Part shown: one piece after another, positions 12,600-25,792 of the stretch | How positions within the stretch are numbered: position 1 is the stretch's first letter | Layout of the letters: each line of letters begins with the position of its first letter | DNA from: Hemiscyllium ocellatum | Lineage: Eukaryota | Length of the DNA stretch: 64,000 bases | Reading direction: 5' to 3' | NCBI RefSeq assembly: GCF_020745735.1 | Contig: NC_083403.1 | Coordinates: forward strand, 66,683,003-66,747,002 | Translations under genes and position numbers: made by a program | Notes under the pieces: generated by a model | Seen by the model: the letters and a program-made list of their open reading frames with translations, nothing else | The model's database searches: none | What the model was told of the DNA's origin: nothing

Positions 12600-14800
12600 T
12601 TATTGTTCACAATGTAGGGAGGCAGAGATGTTCCATCTGTCCCTATTGAGATCCAGAGATATTCTCCTGATTTCTTGACCTAATTCTGTATGGCATCAAT
12701 AGGCATTCAATGCTGTCTCCAACATTAAGCTTTTCAGAACCAATAATTCATATTACATCTTCCCTCAATATTTTATTCGCATCGTTAACATTTATGCATC
12801 CATGTATACATTTGCATTTAGCATTGCCTCATCTCCCCAAGGCTCTAACTTCACAAATTCACATGGTCCGGTGGTTTTACAATTTTTCCAGAATGCACTC
12901 TGCCTGGATTTGGAAGATTGGTAGGTCCTTGCATGATTTCCAAAGCATCCTCCTGATATGAGGCTCAACACCATTCTTGCATTTTCACAAGTAATTGCCT
13001 CAAGGGTTCAGTCAAGTATTTCGCCAACTGGTTGACCATGCCTCGATATCTCTCTAGGTCATGGGCCAGTTTTGGTGTGGGTAGCTATTTAACAGACTTT
13101 GTTTTCTGTGGGTCGACCATTATCCATCCTCATTGATAATGTGTCCCAAGAAGTGAATGGATTCCTTGGAAAGTTCACACTGGTCATTGAAAGTATACCT
13201 TTAGCCTAAAAGTGTTTTAAAACTGCATGAACCCTCTGTTCATGTTCATTGACCATCTCCCCATGTGTCAATATATTACTCACTAGCCATGTGAGGCATT
13301 CGGAGGTTCACACATTAAAAAATCGTTAGTGCTGTAGTAATCCTGAATGACAATCTGTTTAAAGAAAATCTGTCAAGTGAAGTGACAAATGTAATAAGCA
13401 AAGGTGATTGCTCATCTAATGGCATCTGCTAGAATTTATATTTGTCATCAGGTTTAGTAAAAACTATTTTCAGACAATTTAGTTAAATTCTCATCAGAAT
13501 TGGCTAACTGAGGATTTACCTCCCTATTTTTGAGTGGTGCTGTCAATGCATGTTCTGATTAACTCATTGAGTTTGGGAATAGTGAACATGCCCGAATGCA
13601 AATGAGCTGGTTTTGTTACCAGGCAAACAGCAGACATTCTGCTTCCAGAGCTGACAGTAATACAGGCAGTGAAGGGCGAGCCTGCATTTAGGCAGGAGAC
13701 TGTCTGCAAACTAAAGCTTCTAGGCACGACAGCATCAGGGAATGATCACCCAAGTTGTCCAAGTCAACAGGGAGAAACACAGAACAGGCTTCCTCTATAA
13801 CAATTACAGAAGTCAGGCCTATACTCAGATATAGTGAGATGGGGAGGAAAAAGAAAAAATGCTGAAGGCTCATTGATAATTTATAGTGTCATTGAAAGCT
13901 TTCCAACTCTCTTAGACTGTTGAAATGTCAGCACTGGCTCAATTTTCACAATTCGGCCTGGTTAACCCATAAGCATGAGAGACATGAGCAGAATCTCCAG
14001 CCATCCTAAGGAGGAAATAAGTTGTAATCGCCAAGCATTGCTCATCTCTTACAAGTAATCAACTCCTTGACTGCAACAGATGTCAGGAAAGTTTGAACCA
14101 TGATGTTGAAAACTATACTCAAGGAATTACACTTTAATGTGGACAACAGTGAGGCTAAATGCCATGTGTGGGGAATGTGTTTGTACCTGGCCTGGGCACA
14201 TTATTTTATGTTCAAAACCATCTAGTGAGTGAGAGCACAAAATCAGTGATGGTCCCACACAACTCTGCAGGTGATGGTTCATTTCATGCATTAGCTTTTC
14301 AATGGCATTCAAGACTGGGAAATGCGCAATGGCAACTTACATATCCACTCTTTGTCAGAGTGTAGCAGTCTTCCTGCAAAGCTGCATAAAGTGCTGCCAC
14401 TCCCGGGTTCAATACTGTTGTGTGGAATGCTCCAGCATTTCAAGACAGCTTACCAGTCTATGGACATTCTGAAAGATTGAAGGGTTATCAATGATGGAAG
14501 GTTCAAAAGGAGTTGCCTCAGGTGTCCTCTCTACCTGCTGTCTATTTTGAAGGACTTAACTCCTCATCATTCAGATGTCAAATCTTGATGGGTGTCATAA
14601 GAGCTTTCTCATGCAATGTAAATGCACTGTCTCACTGCTCCTTTTTTCCTAATGGTCATGTAGGGCAAGTCACGATTCGATACTTTAATGTGGGATTACC
14701 TGGAGATATCATTTGTCCAAATACATTGACAATTAGGACATTTATTCAGCAACACAAAAGATTATGGATTACAATATTATCAAGGTCCACTTATCCTTTG
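12600..14800 (+). mobile_element. Highly decayed L1/Tx1-like LINE ORF2 remnant
   Basis: APE-endonuclease-like FIRIVNIYAS (12772-12801), TDFVFC and VDH (~13092-13120), plus faint C-terminal Cys-containing similarity near 14520. Many stops and frameshifts. Confidence 0.4.
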
Positions 14801-14904
14801 CATTAAGCTGGGTTGCTTGTCAAATTAGCAACAGGATTATTAACAAGTCCAAACTCAGCTCATTCAACCGATAAGCAGGTATAAGAGTAATATAAAAATG
14901 AAGA

Positions 14905-15063
14905 ATTAAGAATGCTGGAAATCTGAAAAAAAGCAGAAAGTACTGGAGAAACTCAGTAGGTTTGTAGTTTTGATGAAGGGTCACTGGATTTGAAACATTA
15001 ACTCTGTTTTTCTTTCGACAGGTGCTGCCAGACATGCTGAGTTTCTTCAGCACTTTGATTTTG
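14905..15063. mobile_element. Old PLE-end element with inverted 5' part and decayed hammerhead
   Basis: ttgatgaagggtcactggatttgaaacattaac... at ~14970, preceded by the reverse complement of its own 3' end (gctggaaatctgaa...ctggagaaactcag). Confidence 0.65.
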
Positions 15064-15369
15064 TGGAAGCAGTTATAAGTGGTCTCTGGCTTCTGAGACC
15101 CTGTGATACATTGATCACTCATGTTTTCATTGGCACTTTCCTGGTTAATGTCTTGATTCTCATCGTCATTCTCAGGAGTTTGCTGTTGACCTCCGATTTT
15201 TTTCTCCATCAAAGATGTGGCTCTAGTTGTCAAAGGCACAATATGTCACAACAATGCAGGACAACTATCTGGCCTGTAATGCAAGGCCTTGTTGGAATAA
15301 TCCAGGCAGCAAAACCTCATCCTCAAGAGGTCTATGACCTATTACATAATAGCACTGGTCAAAGAGTGA

Positions 15370-16312
15370 GCAAAGGTACAGTTAGGAAATTTTCAGATGA
15401 CACCAAAATTGGAGGTGTGGTGGACAGTGAAGAGGGTTACCTCAGATTACAACAGGATCTGGACCAGATGGGCCAATGAGCTGAGAAGAGGCAGATGGAG
15501 TTTAATTCAGATAAATGCGAGGTGCTGCATTTTGGGTTTGCAAATCTTAGCAGGCCTTATACAATTTATGGTAAGGTCTTAGGGAGTGTTGCTGAACAAA
15601 GAGACCTTGGAGTGCAGGTTCATAGCTCCTTGAAAGTGGAGTCGCAGGTAGATAGGATAGTAAAGAAGATGTTTGGTATGCTTTCCTTTATTGGTCAGAG
15701 TATGGAGTACAGGAGTCGGGAGGTCATGTTGCAGGACATTGGTTAGGGCACTGTTGGAATATTGCCTGCAATTCTGGTCTCCTTCCTATCGGAAAGATGT
15801 TGTGAAATTTGAAAGTGTTCAGAAAAGATTTACAAGGATGTTGCCAGGGTTGGAGAATTTGAGCTATAGGGAGAGGCTGAACAGGCTGGGGCAGTTTTCC
15901 CTGGAGCATTGGAGGCTGAGGGGGTGACCTCATAGAGGTTTACAAAATTATGAGGGTCATGGGTAGGATAAATAGGCAAAGTCTTTTCCCTGGGATCGAG
16001 GAGTCCAGAACTAGAGGGCACAGGTTTAGGGTGAGAGGGAAAAGATATAAAAGAGACCTAAGGGGCACCTTTTTCATGCAGAGGGTGGTACGTGTATGGA
16101 ATGAGCTGCCAGAGGAAGTGGTGGAGGCTGGTACAATTTCAACATGTAAAATACATTTAGATGGGTATATGAATAGGAAGGGTTTGGAGGGATATGGGCC
16201 AGGTGTTGGCAGGTGGGACCAGATTGTGATATCTGGTCGGCATGGACAGGTTGGACCAACAGGTCTGTTTCCATGCTGTACATCTCTATGACTCTATGAC
16301 TCTATGACTCTA
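15370..16312 (+). mobile_element. HER1/CR1-type LINE, 5'-truncated RT fragment with (ACTCTATG)n tail
   Basis: KFSDDTKIGG, MEFNSDKCEVLHFG and FFMQRVVRVWNELPEEVV. 8-mer tandem tail at ~16285-16312. Confidence 0.93.
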
Positions 16313-16399
16313 TAACACTGCAACTTTGTCCCGTGTCAGTTTGATACATTTTGTAAAGCTGTTACCATGATTAAAGGGGGTACAGCTTCTCTCCCGGGA

Positions 16400-17330
16400 G
16401 CCATCTCAAATGTGAGCTGAGCGCCTTGGAAAGAGGCTGTTATTTGGGAGTTCTCCAATGAGAGTCAAGGCAGTTTCCAGAAATCCAGGCACAGATATCC
16501 AAAATTTACGCCAATGGTCACATACAATTTGGACATAATGGACATAATTCACAACTGTCACAGAAAGGTGATAGTGTGCTCTCAAAGCCGCATGGTGCAT
16601 TTAATAGCACCTTGCACTTGGTGGGCACTCACAGTACTCTAGCCACTTGATAAATATTGTTAAGAGGGAAGGATATAGTATACGCTAGAGAAGCTGGTCT
16701 ATGGGGCTGAGGATTGGGAGATACTACACTGCTCCCTAGTTATCCCATAAAATGGGCCACTGGCAGAAAACTTCAGAATCTCATTATTTGCCTGCACCTT
16801 TTAAGTGTATCTTGTCCTGCTGTTTTCCCACTGGAATTTGGGAGGCTGCTGCTCTTCATGGGTTAGCTGAAGGTGTGTTAATTACTATCTCTTTCAGTGT
16901 TTTCACAGATTGATCAAAGCCAGAATAACTCCAGCAATGACAGGCTCCATGAACTCTGTCACCAGGTCATCTGTGGGACGTGTCAGACAAGATGCACAGC
17001 TTTATTGAAGAAACAACTGAGCAGGAATTCCTTACATTCATAAAAATGAAGCATTATACTGTATTATGCCCTCACATAGTGTGGGCATGGAGATTTCCCA
17101 AGGATGATGGTCATTCCTTCATGGGGTATGTGATCATATTCAATTGCACATTATGCAACCAAAGTTTTTTGCAACATTATATGAGTATAATTCTGCCAGT
17201 AAGTCATCACGAAAGCTTCGTAACCTCTGACAAGGAAAGGGCTCCTTTTGACATCACAGCCCATGTCCTTACAGTTCAGTGTGAGAATCTGGCAGTTCTG
17301 ATTTGTTAACTTCCAGAACTTGCCATGGAA
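16400..17330 (-). mobile_element. Possible decayed Tx1/L1 LINE 3' portion
   Basis: Minus-strand translation LTLNCKDMGCDVKRSPFLVR weakly resembles the Tx1 RT-adjacent zinc-binding region. Heavily mutated. Confidence 0.3.
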
Positions 17331-19819
17331 TGTGATTAGAAAATGGGTACTTCACATTCTGCTTTTAAGTCCCTTGTTATTGACATTTGTTTCACTGACA
17401 TGACAAGGAGGCAATGCTCAATGACTGATTAAGAGTCCACATTTTCGGCTGTTAATGACTTGCCGATGAAGTGTAAATTGAAGACAGATTGGTGGTATTA
17501 GTTAATCAATGGAAGCATGATTACTGCAAATGTCCCTTGAGTAGAGGCTCAAAATCAAAGATGTTTCATTCCACTCCCCACCCCATGAATAAATATTAAC
17601 TTATTCTGTCCAATTAACACACTGTCGCAGATATTTTGTGAAGTATTGCACAGTGGAGTTAAGGTTCCAACTTTGTGTTCTTGTGTTTGAATACAAACTG
17701 TTTGTGATGTGAAAACTTTCCTCCATTCTCCCGGGTCCTTTTTGTATTGCTGTCCTTGTGATTACCATCACTAATCAGTCTCTCCCTGTTTAAAATAAGC
17801 CTTTTACTTTGCTACTATTGTGCCTACTTTATCCCCAGACACCTTGACTTTGGAAATTCTCCTGTCTTTGTTGGCTCCACACTCTCCCCATGTGAAGACC
17901 AGAGTTAAAATGACCTGATTGAATCCCCTACTTTGAAAGATGCTCAGTTCCTTCCCATTCACTATGAGATTCCACTCAATTGTCTGCAATTTCATCCAAG
18001 TACAGGGACCATTCCCTCAGCGACCCAGTACAATGAAGCCTATCTCTGATGTTGAATTGCCCGTACTTTAACTCCCATACCATTTGCATTTGCCCTGCAG
18101 GACTGACTTTGGCCTAATCCCCTAACTGCAAGAATACAGATCTCTGGACTCTGGTAGGATCAAGTGCCAGGCAGATTATTTGCTTGAACCATATGCAATG
18201 TGTTTGTTGATTAAACTGCTGGCATATGCTGCAGCAATGATATTGATGTAGTATCACGCTGTACAACCTCTACCTGACTAATGGATTGGCTGCTCAGCAC
18301 TCCCCACTGTCACAAGTCACCCGTCTCTCCCTCTGCGCTGTAACTGACTGCTTAAGACATTGTATGCTAATGAAACAATGTCATCCACAAAGAGGCTGAA
18401 TGCTCCCAAGTAAGCATTGAAGTCAGTGAGCACCATCAAAGCAAGCTAAATACCATAAGATGCCTGTGTTTATGTATACGTAAAGTGTAGATGCACAAGA
18501 TGTGTGACTCTCACTGGATGCAAAGTGAGCAGGCATGATGATGTGGTGAGGCTGGAGATTTATCAATGCCATGTTACATCGATAAAGGATTGAAGCTGAT
18601 AGTGAACATAGACCATTCAGGGATATTGTTCAGAAGAAGCAGTTGCATATTGACAAGGCAGGCATTCAATGAGTTGAAGTTGTCAGGCACCTACTCTATT
18701 TTCCTGTTAGTTTTGCACCTTCCACTTTCACACTGAAGGGAAGAAGAATTTGACATGAAATGTGAATAGGTTATGTTTGGGATATTGATGATATTGCAAA
18801 TATATAGAAATAGGCGAGTTACCACTCAAGGGTGAGATTGTCGTTTAAGGTTATGATAAAAAATTGTATGAGGTTTTCTGAATCAGATCTTTTAATTTTG
18901 TCCTGTTTAGTCTGCTCACTTGTCACACTCTCGCCGTGCCAGTGAGAGAAACTACCTTCCATATTTCAGATGGGAAAAACCATAATTATTTACGTCATCC
19001 ATTTTTATGGACAGCTCATATAAATACATAGTTCAATTGTGGCTAAAGACCTGATAACCAGATTTATATCAACATTGTGTCATGTCCAACAAAATGATGT
19101 TAAAATGTCATTCAAAGAAAGGCCTAGTAACAGTGATGTTTCATAAAGCATAATGTAAAGAAATATAATTTACAAGAACTTGCATTAGCATTGCTTTTAA
19201 AATAGTTGCTAAACATTGAAATCATTGATTCAGATCAACTCTACAGAGAATCTTCCATTAAAAATTTTCCATTCAACCTGTTCAGAGATGTTATTGCAGG
19301 ATTCGGGAGTAGGTGAGCCCTGAACCCAAGTTCCTTGTTCAGGAGTAGGGACACTACTGTTGGAGCACAAGAAGACCCCAAAACAAATCAAATAGAGAGC
19401 AGCAATCCTTCCTCATTCCTTGTTTTTTTTAAATAGTCCTTGTCCCACCTAAGTCCACAAACAAAACCTTGGAAAAACAGAAAGATGCCACATCGTCTTT
19501 ACAATAGCTTCAGCAATTATTTATGACTAATGTAAGTTGCATGCATGTGCACTGCACTAACATTTTTATTGCAGATTTCCAGCATCTGTAATATCTTGCT
19601 TTCATATCGTTGCATGTATTGTGTTAGATTTGCTAAACATCTTGCATGAAGTTCATGAAGAATCAATGGAAAGAAAGCTTGGGTCAGTGTATAGTGGGCA
19701 CCAATGTGATATTGTCTGTTTTGCAAATGTTGTAAGAGTAATCCTGGAAGGCAGAATTGCTTTATACACTAGTGTATCGGAGATCCTGTTACACGCAATA
19801 GCAAGTGTGCTGTTCTATA

Positions 19820-20370
19820 TTTGTATAATGGATGTGGAGTTGTTGCCCTTGGGAGATTAGTAGTGAACCACATTCTTGAACTACTGCAGTCCACATGGTG
19901 TAGGGATAATGTGGTTAGGAATAGACTTACAGGATTTTGACCAAGAAACATTGAGGAAGATTGATTTTGCTCCAAGTCAAAATGATGTGCGGACTGGATG
20001 GGAACTTGCAAGTGGTTATGTTCCAATGTATTTTCTGCCCTTAACCTTCTATGTGGTACAGATAACAGGTACAGCTGGTACTGCTGTTGGAGCCCTGGTA
20101 AGTTATTGCAGTGTACATTTTATACACTACACACTGCTGGCATGGTATATCAGCAGTGGAGGACGTGAATGTTTAAGGTGGTGAATGAAATGCCAGTCAA
20201 GTGGGTTCCTTTGGGTTTTTTTATGTTGTTTTGCTTGAGTATCGTCGAAGCTGTGTCTATCCAGGATAGTAAACAGTATGCTATCGCACTCCTGACTTGT
20301 GCCTTGTCAATAATAGACAGAGTTGGGGAGACAGGAAGTGAGTTAATTTCTGCAAGGTCCCAGCCTGTAC
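19820..20370 (-). mobile_element. CR1/L2-group LINE 3' fragment (second family)
   Basis: Minus ORF KAQVRSAIAYCLLSWIDTASTILK is a LINE RT C-terminal motif. Related pieces lie at ~26325-26630 and ~51600-51745. Confidence 0.7.
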
Positions 20371-20414
20371 TATTCATGCGAGTTTGTAAAACTGTGCTAC
20401 ATTTGTGTTACTAT

Positions 20415-20705
20415 TAGATTAGATTTCCTACAGTGTGGAAATAGGCCCCTCAGCCCAACAAGTCCACACCAACCCTCCGAAGAGCAACCCACCCACACCC
20501 ATTGCCCTACATCTAACACTATGGGCAATTTAGCATGGCCAATTCACCTGACTAGCACATCTTTGGACTGTGGGAGGAAACCGGAGCACATGGAGGAAAC
20601 CCACGCAGACATGGGGGGATGTGCAAATTCCACAGTTGCCCAAGGCAGGAATTGAACCCGGATCCCTGGTGCTGTGAGGCAGCAGTGCTAACCACTGAGC
20701 CACAC
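20415..20705 (-). mobile_element. HE1-type V-SINE
   Basis: High similarity to the 38210 copy. The B-box appears as ggaattgaacccgg, and there is a (TTAGA)n tail. Confidence 0.88.
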
Positions 20706-21553
20706 TAGGTTGGACTATTGTTTTACTTTAAAACTCTGTCTGGAAAATTCAAGATCAATATGAGAAATTTTAATCAGTTAGTTTGTAAAATATTTTACCA
20801 GACTCCATGAGCTACTTTTATAACAAATCAGGCTGCAGTTGAAGGAACTAATTAGCCTGCATTCTATTTCCTGATTGAAACAATTCTAAAGTTTAATTAG
20901 TTCAATGAAGCTAATGATGTCACAATATGGTTATAAATGTAAGAAGGGTCAGAGCTCAGCAAAGTCTGCACTTAGTAAAATTAAACACGACACTTAGAAT
21001 TACTCTGTAATTGAAGTGAAAAAGGTCTGCTTTATTTATCAAGTACCCATTAAGTGTAAAATCACATGTAGCGAGAACTGGGTGGTGTACCTCTGGGATC
21101 TGGGTCCAATCCAACTCAGACAGATGGAATGAAGGTTTCTTCTCTCCAGCGTTTGTTAAATGTTCTAATTGAAATTGAGTTTGAGCTAGTCCCCATGAGA
21201 TCCCAGTGGAAATTAATCAAAACTGCAAAACAAGCCCTCAGAACTGGCAAACTAAACACATGAAAAATTTGAAGTAAACATGTTATGTTTGTAACATTGT
21301 GAAGAGAATGGTCCAGATATTTTGATTGGGGTCAGTGGAATTCAATTTCGATAAATGCGAGGAGTTGCATTTTGGGAAAGCAAATCTTAGCAGGACTTTC
21401 CACTTAATGCTAACATCCTAGGGAGTGTTACTGAACAAAGACACCTTGGAGTGGAGGTTCATAGCTCCTTGAAAGTAGAGTCACAGGTAGATAAGATAGT
21501 GAAGAAGACTTGCTTTCCTTTATTGGTCAGAGTATTGAATATAGGGTTGGGAG

Positions 21554-21714
21554 CAGGAGAATCGATGTTTCAGGCATGTGCCCTTCTTCCTGAAGAAGGG
21601 CTCATGCCTGAAACATCGATTCTCCTGCTCTTTGGATGCTGCCTGACCTGCTGCGCTTTTCCAGCAACACATTTTCAGCTCTGATTTCCAGCATCTGCAG
21701 TCCTCACTTTCTCC
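21554..21714. mobile_element. Family-A PLE-end insertion with ~40 bp inverted 5' arm and hammerhead motif (CTGAAGA core)
   Basis: gagcaggagaatcgatgtttcaggcatgtgcccttcttc pairs with gaagaagggctcatgcctgaaacatcgattctcctgctc. TSD tatagg-gttgggag (21540-21553) and tataggagttgggag (21715-21729). Confidence 0.85.
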
Positions 21715-22158
21715 TATAGGAGTTGGGAGGTCATATTGCGGCTATACAGGATGTTGGTTCGGCCACTTTTGGAATATTGCATACAATTCTGGTCTCCTTC
21801 CTATCGGAAGGATGTTGTGAAACTTGAAAGGGTTCAGAAAAAATTTGCAAGGATGTTTCCAGGGTTAGAGAATTTTGAGCTATAGGGAGGGGTTAAATAG
21901 GCTGGAGCTGTTTGCCCTGGAGCGTCAGAGGCTGAGGGGTGACCTTATAGAGATTTATAATAGACAGAGTTTTTTCCCTGGGGTTGGGGAGTCCAGAATT
22001 AGAAAGCGTAGGTTTATGGTGAGAGGGAAAAGATATAAAAGAGACCTAAGGGCAACTTGTTCACGCAGACGATGCTGCATATAGAGAATGAGCTGCCAGA
22101 GGAAATGGTGCAGCATTCAGAAGGCATTTGGATGGGTGTATAAATAGGAAGGGTTTGG

Positions 22159-22288
22159 TTCCTGATGAAGGGCTTATGCTCGAAACGTCGAATTCTCTAT
22201 TCCTGAGATGCTGCCTAACCTGCTGTGCTTTGACCAGCAACACATTTGCAGCTGTGATCTCCAGCATCTGCAGACCTCATTTTTTACT
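22159..22288 (+). mobile_element. Solo family-A PLE end (~130 bp) with intact hammerhead core
   Basis: ttc CTGATGA a gggc ttat gctc GAAA cg tc gaa. Near-identical to the 3' end of the 54172-55406 PLE. Confidence 0.9.
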
Positions 22289-22718
22289 TGGAGGGCTATG
22301 GGCCAGCTGTTGGCAAATGGAACTAGATTGAGTTGGGATATCTGGTCAGTATGGACAAGTTGGACCGAAGGGTATGGTTCTGTGCTATGACTCGATTGTT
22401 GGCTCTGATCAGACTAAAAATGACTCCTTTGGTCAGTTTCTGTGTTAACAATTCCTGGATAGGGGCATCCTGTTATGAACCAGTCCAGGAATTCACAAGT
22501 GGAGATGTGTAGAAGATCTTTGTAGAAACCACATTGAAATGCACGGTTAGCCATGTTGCTAGTGTCTGTGAAAGGGTAAGTATTTCTGATGGGAAGGTGA
22601 TGGGAAATATAGAGGTAGGTGACTGAAGAGGTTGGGAAAGGTGAGTTTGCAATTCTGGTGAGATGAGGGAGAAATGTCGGATTGGGAAGAGGTATCATGT
22701 AGGGAAGGGGGTTTGGGT

Positions 22719-24066
22719 ATTGGCGCTGCCTCGTGTTCCCACGAGGAGGTTGAACAGTTCATCCACTTTACCAACACCTTCCACCCCGACCTCAAATTCG
22801 CCTGGACCATCTCAGACTCCTCCCTCTCCTTCCTAGACCTTTCCATTTCTATCTCGGGCAACCGAATCAACACAGACATCTACTATAAACTGACTGACTC
22901 CCACAGCTACCTAGACTACACCTCCTCCCACCCTGCCCCCTGTAAAAACGCCATCCCATATTCCCAATTCCTTCGTCTCCGCCACATCTGCTCCCAGGAG
23001 GACCAGTTCTAATACCGTACGGCCCAGATGGCCTCCTTCTTCAAGGACCGCAGACTCCCCCCAGACGTGATCGACGATGCCCTCTACCGCATCTCCTCCA
23101 CTTCCCGCTCCTCTGCCCTTGAGCCCCGCCTCTCCAACCGCCACCAGGACAGAACCCCACTGGTTCTCACCTACCACCCCACCAACCTCCGTATACAGCG
23201 TATCATCCGCCGTCATTTCCGCCAACTCCAAACGGACCCCATCACCAGGGATATATTTCCCTCCCCTCCCCTATCAGCATTCCGGAAAGACCACTCCCTC
23301 CGTGACTCCCTCGTCAGGTCTACACCCCCCACCAACCCAACTTCCACTCCCTGCACCTTCCCCTGCAACCACAAGAAATGCAAAACTTTCGCCCACACCT
23401 CCTCCCTTACTTCTCTCCAAGGCCCCAAGGGATCCTTCCATATCCACCACAAATTCACCTGCACCTCCACACACACATCATCTATTGCATCCGCTGCACC
23501 CGATGTGGCCTCCTGTATATTGGGGAGACAGGCCACCTACTTGCGGAACGCTTCAGAGAACACCTCTGGGACACCCGCACGAACCAACCCAACCACCCCG
23601 TGGCTCAACACTTTAACTCCCCCTCCCACTCCACCAAGGACATGCAGGTCCTTGGACTCCTCCATCGCCAGAACATAACAACATGACGGTTGGAGGAAGA
23701 GCGCCTCATCTTCCGCCTGTGAACCCTCCAAGCACAAGGGATGAACTCAGGTTTCTCCAGTTTCCTCATTTCCCCTCCCCCCACCTTGTCTCAATCAATT
23801 CCCTCGAACTCAGCACCGCCCTCCTAACCTACAATCTTCTTCCTGACCTCTCCGCCCCCACCCCACTCTGGCCTATCACTCTCACCTTGACCTCCTTCCA
23901 CCTATCACATCTCCATCGCCCCTCCCTCAAGTCCCTCCTCCCTTCCTTTTATCTTAGCCTGCTGGACACACTTTCCTCATTCCTGATGAAGGGCTTTCCT
24001 GTCGAATTTCCTGTTCCTTGGATGCTGCCTGACCTGCTGCGCTTTTCCAGCAACACATTTTCAGCT
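22719..24066 (+). mobile_element. Penelope-like retroelement, Neptune-type, 5'-truncated and frameshifted
   Basis: RT C-terminus (FHPDLKF...SFLDLSI...TDIYYKLTDSHSYLDYTSSHP), Cys linker, and GIY-YIG (IIYCIRCTRCGLLYIGETG...RFREH). Hammerhead stem II is deleted at ~23995. Confidence 0.93.
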
Positions 24067-24259
24067 TGGGTCAAATCAGAAAGGATGTCAGGTCGGAGGC
24101 TGGAGTGTCAGGGGTCAGCAGTGATTTGACAATTCAGTTTAATAGACACCCAAAAATTACAGTAGATATTTAGGAGTATGGCAGACCAAGTGTTGGAATG
24201 TTGCATGTTAAATATTCAAGTCCAATGCATAACAGAGGAGACACGTGAAATCTTGACCT

Positions 24260-24860
24260 TTTATTTTAAGGGGAATGGAGTATAAAAATAGGGAGGTCTT
24301 GTTAAAACTATACAAGGAACTAGTCTGAGCACCCCTACAATAATTTGAGCAGTTTAGTCCCCTATCTAATGAAAGATACACTGGCATTGGAGGCAGTCCA
24401 GGGAAGGATCACTAATTTGATTCTGGGTATGGAAGGATTTTCTTATGAGAAAAGGTTGAATAGATTGGACCTATAATCATTGGAGGTTTAAAGAATGAGA
24501 GATGACTTTATTGAAACATGTCAATTTTTTATGGGTCCTGACAGGGTAAATGCTAAGACGTTTTTTTCTCCTTGTGGGTGAATCTATGAACAGGGGGCAT
24601 AATCTCAGAATAATGGGCACCCATTTAATACAGAGAAGAGGATATTCTTTACCACCAAGGTCTGTCAAATCTAGGTCCTTGTGTATATTCAAATCTGAGT
24701 CAGACAGATATTTAAACAATAACGGAATAAAGGGATATGGGGAAAAGACAGGAAGGTGAAGTTGAGAGGGTTATCAAAATAAACTTATTGAATGGGGGAA
24801 CTGGACTCAACGGACAGAATGGCCTAATTCTACTCCTACATCTTACGGTCTTATGATCTG
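24260..24860 (+). mobile_element. Degenerate CR1 LINE 3' fragment
   Basis: NRGHNLRIMG and CIFKSESDRYL motifs. Ends in tcttacggtcttatg. Confidence 0.75.
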
Positions 24861-25610
24861 GGATGCACTGCCTGAAGGGCAATAGAGATGTATTTGATCA
24901 TGTATTTTGAAAGGCAACTTATTAATTGTTTGAAGAGAAAATAATTTACAAGTCCATGGAAAAAGGTGGAATTTGGATAATTTAAGATGATCTTACAAAG
25001 AACTGGTGTGGACATAACTGGCCAAATAGTCTTCTTCTGTTCTTTAATCGTTCAATGATTATGTTACCTCAAGGATATTTTCTTTCACCTCACATTTTGT
25101 CTGGTAAGATTATATTATAGAAATTCATCTAGACCATTTTTGAGTACTGTAGAAAGTCTATGAGTAAAACTCATCTCCCAAAGGGCTCAAGGAAGTTAAA
25201 AAATGGACCCCTGGCCTAAATATCATTTGAAATATGAGCTGTCACTGCCTGTCATGACTCTACAGACAATTCATGTCATGGAAATGTTGTGATTAAAATG
25301 ATTTTTTAAATCATATTTTGTACTCAAATTGGAGACAGAACACAATCTTCAATTAGCAAAAGGTTTCCTTTTCAAAGGAAACACTTGGGAACAATTACAG
25401 TAACTACTATTATATTGCACAATTCTCAAGCTTATTTTTACAATGTCTTTCTTGTTTAATCGATCACAGGTTCACATGTTCTAAGACTTTGTCAGAAAAA
25501 CTGAAGAAGTGGATGGTACATTAGCTGACAAGGTACAATAATGGAATAGGAACAGAAAGCAGAAAGTGATGATTATTGTACAATCTCTAGAGAGGTAATG
25601 GATATTATCA

Positions 25611-25792
25611 AGAGTGAAAGTGAGGACTGCAGATGCTGGAGATAAGAGTTGAGAGTGTGGTGCTGGAAAAGCACAGCAGGTCAGGCAACATCTGAGGAGC
25701 AGGAGATGAAGGGCATTTGCCCGAAACATTTATTCTCCTGCTCTTCGGATGCTGCTAGACCTGCTGTGCTTTTCTAGCACCACTCTCTTGAC
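25611..25792. mobile_element. Family-A PLE-end inverted pair
   Basis: The minus arm (25615-25705) is complementary to the plus arm (25706-25792). Decayed TSD aatggatattatca (25597-25610) and aatgaatattacca (25793-25806). Confidence 0.8.

Larger units (their letters stand above)
21335..22392 (+). mobile_element. HER1/CR1-type LINE fragment interrupted twice by family-A PLE ends
   Basis: Colinear with the 15370-16312 copy apart from insertions at 21554-21714 and 22159-22288. Confidence 0.9.

Noticed and set aside
14820-15479. 139-aa and 138-aa overlapping ORFs
   Set aside because: They run through a PLE-end repeat and into a CR1 fragment, so they are chance open frames.
16285-16312. Short tandem repeats (ACTCTATG, CATAGAAT, TAGAA, CATAGAA) as a possible array system
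   Set aside because: These are ordinary CR1/SINE 3' tails with no spacers. There is no CRISPR-like array in the window.
23077-23616. Pro/Thr/Ser-rich ORFs (also 54353-54973 and the antisense Gly/Val-rich ORFs)
   Set aside because: Alternative frames of the C-rich PLE coding sequence, not independent genes.
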